A DNA stretch of 64,000 nucleotides from positions 1 through 64,000 of the forward strand of contig NIVC01003852.1 in NCBI GenBank assembly GCA_002269645.1. The letters are read 5' to 3'. The DNA is from Macrostomum lignano. Lineage: Eukaryota. Shown here one piece after another: positions 55,925 to 64,000 of the stretch (positions within the stretch are counted from its first letter, which is position 1; each line of letters starts with the position of its first letter). A program made the position numbers and the translations under genes. The notes beneath the pieces are model-generated. The model searched no databases. It was not told where the DNA came from and saw nothing but the letters and a program-made list of their open reading frames with translations.

Positions 55925-57055
55925 TCCCCCATAAACTGGCGGCACCGGAATCTCCCCCATAAACTGGCGGCACCGGAATCTCCCCCATAAACTGGCGGCA
56001 CCGGATTCTCCCCCATAAACTGGCGGCACCGGAATCTCCCCCATAAACTGGCGGCACCAGAATCTCCCCCATAAACTGGCGGCACCAGAATCTCCCCCAT
56101 AAACTGGCGGCACCGGAATCTCCCCCATAAACTGGCGGCACCGGAATCTCCCCCTCCCTAGACTGGCGGCACCGGAATCTCCCCCTCCCTAGACTGGCGG
56201 CACCGGAATCTCCCCCATAAACTGGCGGCACCGGAATCTCCCCCTCCCTAGACTGGCGGCACCGGATTCTCCCCCTCCCTAGACTGGCGGCACCGGAATC
56301 TCCCCCTCCCTAGACTGGCGGCACCGGAATCTCCCCCTCCCTAGACTGGCGGCACCGGAATCTCCCCCTCTCTAGACTGGCGGCACCGGATTCTCCCCCT
56401 CTCTAGACTGGCGGCACCGGATTCTCCCCCTCTCTAGACTGGCGGCACCGGATTCTCCCCCATAGCCTGGCACCGGAATCTCCCTCCCATAGCCTGGCAC
56501 CGGAATCTCCCCCCCCCATAGACTGGCACCGGAATCTCCCTCCCATAGACTGGCACCGGAATCTCCCTCCCATAGACTGGCACCGGAATCTCCCTCCCAT
56601 AGACTGGCACCGGAATCTCCCCCCATAGCCTGGCACCGGAATCTCCCCCCATAGACTGGCACCGGAATCTCCCCCCATTTCATAGATTGGCGGCACCGTA
56701 ATCTCCCCCCATAGCCTGGCACCGGAATCTCCCCCATAGCCTGGCACCGGAATCTCCCCCCCCATAGCCTGGCACCGGAATCTCCCCCCATAGCCTGGCA
56801 CCGGAATCTCCCTCTCATAGCCTGGCACCGGAATCTCCCCCATCTCATAGATTGGCGGCACCGGAATCTCCCTCTCATAGCCTGGCACCGGAATCTCCCT
56901 CCCATAGCCTGGCACCGGAATCTCCCTCCCATAGACTGGCACCGGAATCTCCCCCCATAGACTGGCACCGGAATCTCCCCCCATAGACTGGCACCGGAAT
57001 CTCCCTCCCATAGACTGGCACCGGAATCTCCCCCCATAGACTGGCACCGGAATAC
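55925..57055. repeat. Minisatellite with drifting 28- to ~25-bp units (ataaactggcggcaccggaatctccccc)
   Basis: ataaact at 55931 and 55959. The unit changes along the array. Confidence 0.93.
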
Positions 57056-57139
57056 ACCTAGATTGAGATCTTCATCTCCACAGGAAGCTCACTAGTCAAT
57101 GGGATGGCAAGTCAGGGTGCAGCGGCTGGCGGCCCCAGT

Positions 57140-60100
57140 TCAGCTGCAGCCTCCCTGCCTGGCGGCCAGCAGCCGCACAGCCTGCAGCAGGTTGGCCTCC
57201 CCGGCCAGCAGGTCTTGCAGCCGCTGTCTCTCCTCGGCGGAGCGGCAGTACACAAGGCAGCGGCCGGCGTCCACCCGGACCCGGCCCCGAGACTGCACCA
57301 GCGCGGCCACCCGCGAAGGCGGATCGGCCAGCACCAGCAGGTCGCAGCGGGGCAGGTCGAGGCCCTCGCAGGCGATGGGCGTGGCAACCAGCGCGTTGGC
57401 CTCGCCTCTGGCCACCGAGTACAGCAGGCGGCGCTGCTGCGCCACCGACATGCCGGCGTCTCCAGCGGCGCCGTGCCCGATCAGGCAGGCCGGGCGGAGG
57501 TCGGCGAAGTCAGCAAAGGCCGAGTGAGAGGCCAGCAGATCGGCGAGGCGGCGCGCAGTGGCGCGTTCGCGCACGATCACCAGCGCCAGTCTGGCACCCC
57601 CGGTGCCGCGCAGGTCGTCGGCCAGGGCGCGCAGCACCGAGCCAGCGCCGGCAGTGGCGGCCTGGCCTTCGCGCAGGAGCTGCAGCGCATCGACAAGCGC
57701 CTCCGCGCTCTGGCGCATCTCGGTCAGCAGCTCCCGCGACAACAGCGACGACAGAGCGGCGTCGTCCAGCTCGGCGACCAACTGGCGGGAGTCCCCGCAG
57801 ACGGCCAGGCCCAGGGCGCTGCGCAACTGCGAGGGTAGCGGTATTCACCCACTTATTCACTGCCCCGATTCACCCACTTATTCACTGCCCCGATTCACCC
57901 ACTTATTCACTGCCCCAATTCACCCACTTTTTCACTGCCCCGATTCACCCACTTATTCACTGCCCCAATTCACCCACTTATTCACTGCCCCAATTCACCC
58001 ACTTATTCAATGCCCCAATTCACCCACTTATTCACTGCCCCAATTCACCCAATTATTCACTGCCCCAACTCACCCACTTATCACTGCCCAATTCACCCAC
58101 TTATCACTGCCTAATTCACCCACAATATTTACTGCCCAATTCACCCACTTATTCGCTGCCCCAATTCACCCACTTATTCACTCACCTCGCTCAGTCTCCG
58201 CAGCTGCTCAACCAGGAGGCGCACCGGTTGGCTGTCGGCAGTCCGCTCGGCCACCTCGTCCAGCACGCCGGCCAGATTCGGACAGTCGAGCCCGCCATTG
58301 CTCAGCAGCTGGTTTACCAGTAGGGCGGCGTCGGACGCCCCGGATGCTTCGGCAGCCTTCCGCAGGGCGGTGAGCACCAGGGCGGAGTGGTTGATCAGGG
58401 CGGCCACCGCGGCCGTCTCCTCCGTCAGCGGCGGCACGAGTCGGCCAGAGATGCCCGCTCGGACAGAAAACTCGGCTAGCTGAGCCTGGGCGTCCGGCGA
58501 GCTCGGCCAGGCCAGTCTAGCGCCGCCCAGTCTGTCCAGGAGGCCGACCAGCATCTCCTGAGTGGCCGGCAGTGAGGCCTGCGAGGGCGGGCGAATTTTG
58601 ATAATAAAAGATTTAGATGCCTGCAGGAAAAATAGTGAGAACTTGCGGAATGCTACTATTAGTAATATAACCTTAGCTTTTGGGTTCGGGTATTGTCACT
58701 GACACTGACAGTCAATTGTCACTGACAGTCAATTGTCACTGACAGTCAATTGTCACTGACAGTCAATTGTCACTGACAGTCAATTGTCAAAGACTGCACC
58801 AAGAACAATTCAAACCTGGCCGGCTGGCGAGGCGGTGAATCCCAGCAAGCGAGGCGACTTCAGCTCCGGCATGCTGAGCACTTGGCCGGCCAGCAGCGAG
58901 TACGGGTGCAGGGCGTCGCAGTGGTGCGCCTCGTCCATGGCCAGCAGGCAGGCCTGGTCCAGGCGCAGCGCCCCGGTGCGCAGGCAGTTGGCGTAGAAAG
59001 CGGCGGTGGTCACCACCAGGTCGGCTGCGGCCAGCGGCTGATCGTCAGGCAGGCTGTGCAGGTCGCCGCAGACCGCAGCCACGGCCAGCGACCGCGTCAC
59101 CGTCGGGGTTGGCAGGGCTGGCGACGATGGCGGAGGCAGCGGCCGGAAGAAACGGCGCATGCGAACCTGCGGGAGCAGTGGGGCCCTGTCACTCAGTCAC
59201 TGGGAAACTGCCCAGCCCTGTCACTCAGTCACTGGGAATCTGCCCAGCCCTGTCACTCAGTCACTGGGAATCTGCCCAGCCCTGTCACTCAGTCACTGGG
59301 AATCTGCCCAGCCCTGTCACTCAGTCACTGGGAATCTGCCCAGCCCTGTCACTCAGTCACTGGGAATCTGCCCAGCCCTGTTACTCAGTCACTGGGAATC
59401 TGCCCAGCCCTGTCACTCAGTCACTGGGAATCTGCCCAGCCCTGTCACTCAGTCACTGGGAATCTGCCCAGCCCTGTCACTCAGTCACTGGGAATCTGCC
59501 CAGCCCTGTCACTCAGTCACCAGACATCTGCTCAGCCCTGTCACTTAGTCAGCAGGAAACCGCCCAGCCCTGTCACTCAGTCAGCAGGAAACCGCCCAGC
59601 CCTGTCACTCAGTCCCCAGGAAACCGCCCAGCCCTGTCACTCAGTCCCCAGGAAACCGCCCAGTTCTCCCAGACCTGAGCCAGCTGAGCCCGCAGGAAGG
59701 CGGCCTGCTGCAGCACCAGCAGCACCTTGTCCACCAGGAACACGGCACTACGGAGCGGATTCGCCTCCAGTGCTGCCAGAATGGCCAGGGCGGCCACCAT
59801 CGTCTTGCCCGTGCCGGTGGGCAGCACACACAGCGCGTTGCCATGGCGACAGCAGAGACGGTACGCCTCCAGCTGGTAAATGCGCGGCCTCAGCTGGGTC
59901 GGCCAGTCGGTCCGTGGATTGGCGACGAACTCGCACGCTGGCGCCTGTCGGTCCGGCGCCGGACAGCGGACCGCCAGACGGCGCCGATGATCGCGGCCGG
60001 CGACGTGAGCCGCCACGTTGTTTCCATGGAGACGGATGCCGCAAAGGTTGCACAACGAGTAGCCGTCAGGCAGCTGAACAACGGGCTGATAGCTGGCTGC

Positions 60101-62439
60101 GCGGTGGTACAGGGGTGCGGGCGCAACTGGTGAACAGGGTGGCCCGAGCTCTTACTCAGTCCCACCCTAGCCCTACTCAGTGCCACCCGAGTCCCTCAGT
60201 CCCATCCGAGTCCCTACTCAGTCCCACCCGAGTCCCTACTCAGTCCCACCCGAGTCCCTACTCAGTCCCACCCGAGTCCCTACTCAGTCCCACCCGAGTC
60301 CCTACTCAGTCCCACCCGAGTCCCTACTCAGTCCCACCCGAGTCCCTACTCAGTCCCACCCGAGTCCCTACTCAGTCCCACCCGAGTCCCTACTCAGTCC
60401 CACCCGAGTCCCTACTCAGTCCCACCCGAGTCCCTACTCAGTCCCACCCGAGTCCCTACTCAGTCCCACCCGAGTCCCTACTCAGTCCCACCCGAGTCCC
60501 TACTCAGTCCCACCCGAGTCCCTACTCAGTCCCACCCGAGTCCCTACTCAGTCCCACCCGAGTCCCTCAGTACTCAGTAACTCTCTTGAATCCCACCTCG
60601 AGTCCATCTTAAGTTCCACTTAAGTCCCACCTGTCCCATCCGAGTCCCTCCTGAGCCTCACCTGAGTACCGTTTGAGTCCCTCTTGAGGATAATCATATT
60701 TTGCGCGTCACATGGTGCTCACCAGCCTGCAAGTCCGGCTCCGGCCCAGCCCGATCGGTCGCTGCGGCTGGCTGAGTGATGCCCGAGACGCGCAGCCGCT
60801 TCAGATGATTTTTGCCTTGCTTGTGGTTCAGCATCTGGTCCGGCGTGTTGCACTGCACATTGCACACAGTGCAGCGCAGCATGCCGTTAGCCTGGGATTC
60901 AACTAGCGGCTGGGCCTGGCCTGCCGCTTGATGGGGAACAGCGGAACCGGATAAGGCTGCGGAGCCTGCGGAGGGCGAGACTGCGGAGGGCGAGGCTGCG
61001 GCGTTGAAGCCCCCGGAGGGCGAGGCTGTGGCGTTGAAGCCAGCGGAGGGCGAGGCTGTGGCGTTGAAGCCAGCGGAGGGAGATGCTGCGGCGTTGAAGC
61101 CTGCCGAGGGCGAGGCTGCGGCGTTGAAGCCCGCGACAGTTGATGAAACGCCGACAGAGCTGGAAGTTGATGAAGATAAGCGGCTGACATCGATGCCCCA
61201 GGTAGCCAGGTTGATTGGCGAGGCGCATTTGCCGTTCAAGTCGAAATTCAGTCCCAGCGTTGATGCACTCCTAATTGCGCTTTGTCTCTGTGAGCCTCCG
61301 CCTGCGGCAGCCGGCGCAACCGAGTCTGCAGGCCGCTGCTGGGGCGGAACTGATTGCGGCGACACTGCAGATGAAGATGAAGAGGCTGCAGATGAAGACG
61401 GGGAGGCTGCAGATGAAGACATATGTGAGGCTGTAGCTGCCGCTCTCCTGGCCTTATTCTTATGTGGCCGGCCATTCCAGTGGTCGGCCAGGTTGCTCAT
61501 GCTGGTGGCAAAGGTGCCGCAAAGATTGCAGCGGTAGCGGCCCTCCGATTCAAATTGAAACCAGGGACTGGAAAGGATCTCGCTGTGCAGCTGCGGCTGT
61601 TGGACAGGTGGCACGGGCTGGCTGGCGGGTTGCAAAGGCTGTCTCTCAGGTTGCACGGGCTGGCTGACTGGTTGCACGGTTTGGCTGACTGGTTGCACGG
61701 TTTGGCTGACGGATTGCACAGTCTGGCTGGCGGGTTGCACAGTCTGGCTGGCATACTGTAGTGAGGGCAGCGGCGACTGGCTGACTTGAGCGGCGGGGTG
61801 AACCGACATCAGAGAGAATTCGTCAGTTAGCGAGGCCACAGCGATCCGCGCCGAGTGGTTGGGAATCGAATTGGGAGCAGCAGCGGCGGCGGCGGCAGCT
61901 TCGAGGTTGGGAACCAGCGGCTGGGTGGAAGACGCGGCTTGCTGCTGCTGGTTCCCAGGCAGCACAATCGACGAACTGGTTTCGGAGGCGTCAAAAGCCA
62001 GTGAGGGAGCGCCGACGCCAGCCCTGACGACGGCATTCTTGTGCCCCCGGCCCTGGAAATGCGAGGCCAAGTCGCTTTTGGACGTGGCGTGGATATTGCA
62101 GAGGTCGCACCAGTACCAGACGACGCCGCCGCCGCGGTCCTCCTGCCGGACATGCTCGGCGGAATTTCTCACGTATTCGAGAGCCTCCGGCATCTTCAGC
62201 CGCCGCTGGTGCGCCTGGCCGCGGCAGTGGGCCGCCAGGCTGGCCTCAGAGTTGCAGGCCACGTCGCAGATGAGGCAGCAGAAGGCCTCGCCAGCGGGCT
62301 CGGCATGCAGCGCCCGGCTGACGGCCCGCTGGTGCGGCCGGCCGCTCAGGTGGTCGGAGCGGTGAACTGCGGACGTGAAGGTCACGCCGCACAGGTCGCA
62401 GCGGTTACTGTTGACCTGATTCTGCAAGCGGTACAGCAT
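57140..62439 (-). CDS. Six matrin/JAZ-type C2H2 zinc fingers fused to a RIG-I/Dicer-type DExD/H helicase, ~1200 aa
   Basis: Phase-compatible exons 62439-60723, 60126-59675, 59166-58816, 58578 (or 58620)-58186 and 57826-57140. Fingers of the form C-x2-C-x12-H-x2-G-x2-H (five in exon 1; a sixth with one residue less in exon 2). Helicase motifs RIYQLE (Q), LPTGTGKT (I), MDEAHH (II), GFTASP (III), LVIVRERATA (IV), ATPIACEGLDLPRCDLLV (V) and QSRGRVR (VI). Confidence 0.88.
57845..58180. repeat. Intronic minisatellite, 25-bp unit (tcacccacttattcactgccccaat)
   Basis: Fills helicase intron 4. Confidence 0.92.
58700..58788. repeat. Intronic repeat, 17-bp unit (actgacagtcaattgtc), ~5 copies
   Basis: Helicase intron 3. 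Confidence 0.9.
59180..59660. repeat. Intronic minisatellite, 32-bp unit (cagccctgtcactcagtcactgggaatctgcc)
   Basis: Fills helicase intron 2. Confidence 0.93.
60160..60570. repeat. Intronic minisatellite, 22-bp unit (ctcagtcccacccgagtcccta)
   Basis: Helicase intron 1. Confidence 0.95.
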
Positions 62440-62679
62440 GCGGGCTTTATAAAACTAGCTTGCCTGGTAGCAGCTCAAGGACCATTTGGAGTAGAAGACC
62501 GAGTGCGATTAGGAGTAGCAAGGGCTGAACTTCATTTCCTAGAAAATTATTGGAGACAGGCTTTTCTGAGCACCAAAAATACGTTTTTTAAAAGCTAGAA
62601 TATACAATTTTCAAAGCCAGTTTTCAAACGTTTAAAAAACAAATCATATGGCTCTGCATTTACTCGTAAGAGCCATTGA

Positions 62680-62965
62680 TCTTCTATTCCTAGTGGTCCT
62701 TGATCTTCTATTCCTAGTGGTCCTTGATCTTCTATTCCTAGTGGTCCTTGATCTTCTATTCCTAGTGGTCCTTGATCTTCTATTCCTAGTGGTCCTTGAT
62801 ATTCTATTCCTAGTGGTCCTTGATCTTCTATTCCTAGAGGTCCTTGATATTCTATTCCTAGAGGTCCTTGATATTCTATTCCTAGAGGTCCTTGATATTC
62901 TATTCCTAGTGGTCCTTGATCTTCTATTCCTAGAGGTCCTTGATATTCTATTCCTAGTGGTCCTT
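62680..62965. repeat. Minisatellite, 24-bp unit (gatcttctattcctagtggtcctt), ~12 copies
   Basis: Between the TUBGCP2 stop and the helicase start. Confidence 0.93.
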
Positions 62966-63578
62966 GAGACGGGGCCTGACAGTGGCAGGCTGATTAGATA
63001 GTAAATATTTTCCAGTCCATTAACTTGCTAGATCGCCCTCCACGGATTACAGTCCTTGCTGAATCAGCCCTGCCAATGTACGCTGCCGGGGCGCATGGGG
63101 TGGCTGTGCGGACCGGCCAGCTCCCCAGATGCAAAGTACAGTGTGTGCGTACAGAGTGGCTAATCTGGCCTGCCCAATTGGAATAAATCAAGTAGCAGCA
63201 GAAAGGCAAATATTTCCTGACTGAATTGGCCGGCAAAAATAGGAGAAGCGAATCGCGCGCCCTGATTACGGACACAATGTACTTTATAAAGTTACGGCAG
63301 AACAGAGTACAAAAATAGTTCAGCTGTAAGCGAAATGATAGAATATTTTAGACTACTCATTATTATCACAAAGCAAACAAATTACATTATATGGAACTAT
63401 TAATTTTGGCAACACACTAAGAATGTCAATCATTAATAAATTAAACTAAATGTCAATAAGAGACAAGCATATAAAATTAGGAATACTTAACAGAGCAAAC
63501 TAGAGCACCATGCGACAATGGGTTGCTTTTTAAAAGAGCAAAGTTACACAATGTGCTGACTGTTCAACTCCGGCCAGC

Positions 63579-63909
63579 CTAACTGGCAGCCACATAGAAG
63601 TAGTTGTAGTTCAGCCTGTAGATGAGGTTCATCAGGTTGAGACGCTGATTCGAGCAGTGCTCAGCGATGGCCTCAATCAGCTGTTTGAGCAGGCCGCTGA
63701 AGTTAGCCGAGAAAGTCTCCACGGTGGCGGCGAGGTCGGCGGACTCAGCGGAGCCACCGTGCCTGGCGATGCAGTTGCAGAAGGTGACGCAGACGGCCAG
63801 CAGTTTGTACAGCAGCTTGAGCAGGTCCGGCTGCTGCAGCATGCAGTCCGACAGGCAGGAGGTCAGCATGTGCGAGTGCCGCTCGATCAGCTCGTCCAGG
63901 TTGCCCACC
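63579..63909 (-). CDS. TUBGCP2: Last exon of gamma-tubulin complex component 2 (gene continues beyond the window)
   Basis: NLDELIERHSHMLTSCLSDCMLQQPDLLKLLYKLLAVCVTF.NC and RLNYNYFY match the recalled GCP2 C-terminus (NIDDVL..H..FL..CLKDCML..PELLK..SKL..VC..F; RLDFNGFY). ttgcag acceptor at 63910. Confidence 0.85.
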
Positions 63910-64000
63910 CTGCAAGCGTTGATAAATTTAAATGCTTCAATCAGAGCCTGACCGTCTGCTTTCCTAGAAATCTTGGCTGTTTGGGCACCAGTTTGAATTT

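Noticed and set aside
57140-59900. Calling the helicase Dicer or RIG-I
   Set aside because: No PAZ, RNase III, CARD or CTD is encoded before the stop, so orthology cannot be claimed and no symbol is given.
58882-60612. 576-aa plus-strand ORF
   Set aside because: Antisense to helicase exons and running through two intronic arrays.

Overview
This is eukaryotic (animal) genomic DNA, not prokaryotic. Compact, GC3-rich exons are separated by GT-AG introns, and most introns are filled with a gene-specific minisatellite. That style resembles the flatworm Macrostomum, which is my inference and was not checked. Most long entries in the ORF track are artefacts of reading through tandem repeats. Genes rebuilt by hand from splice sites and phase: an ERICH3/DUF4590-like gene (-), a nicotinic acetylcholine receptor alpha-type subunit (+), a universal stress protein (-), SUFU (-), ILVBL/HACL2 (-), a TMEM272-like membrane protein with an in-frame TGA (+), an intronless vWA-domain protein (+), a claudin/PMP22-like gene with two apparent alternative N-terminal halves (+), a ~1200-aa protein with six matrin/JAZ-type zinc fingers fused to a RIG-I/Dicer-type DExD/H helicase lacking CARD, CTD and RNase III (-), and the last exon of TUBGCP2 (-). 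Also present are about 35 tandem-repeat arrays, a pair of inverted ~170-bp palindromic MITE-like elements and a two-copy SINE-like repeat. No rRNA, intact tRNA or CRISPR array was found. All exon structures are manual predictions, all family assignments come from recalled motifs, and repeat boundaries are approximate.
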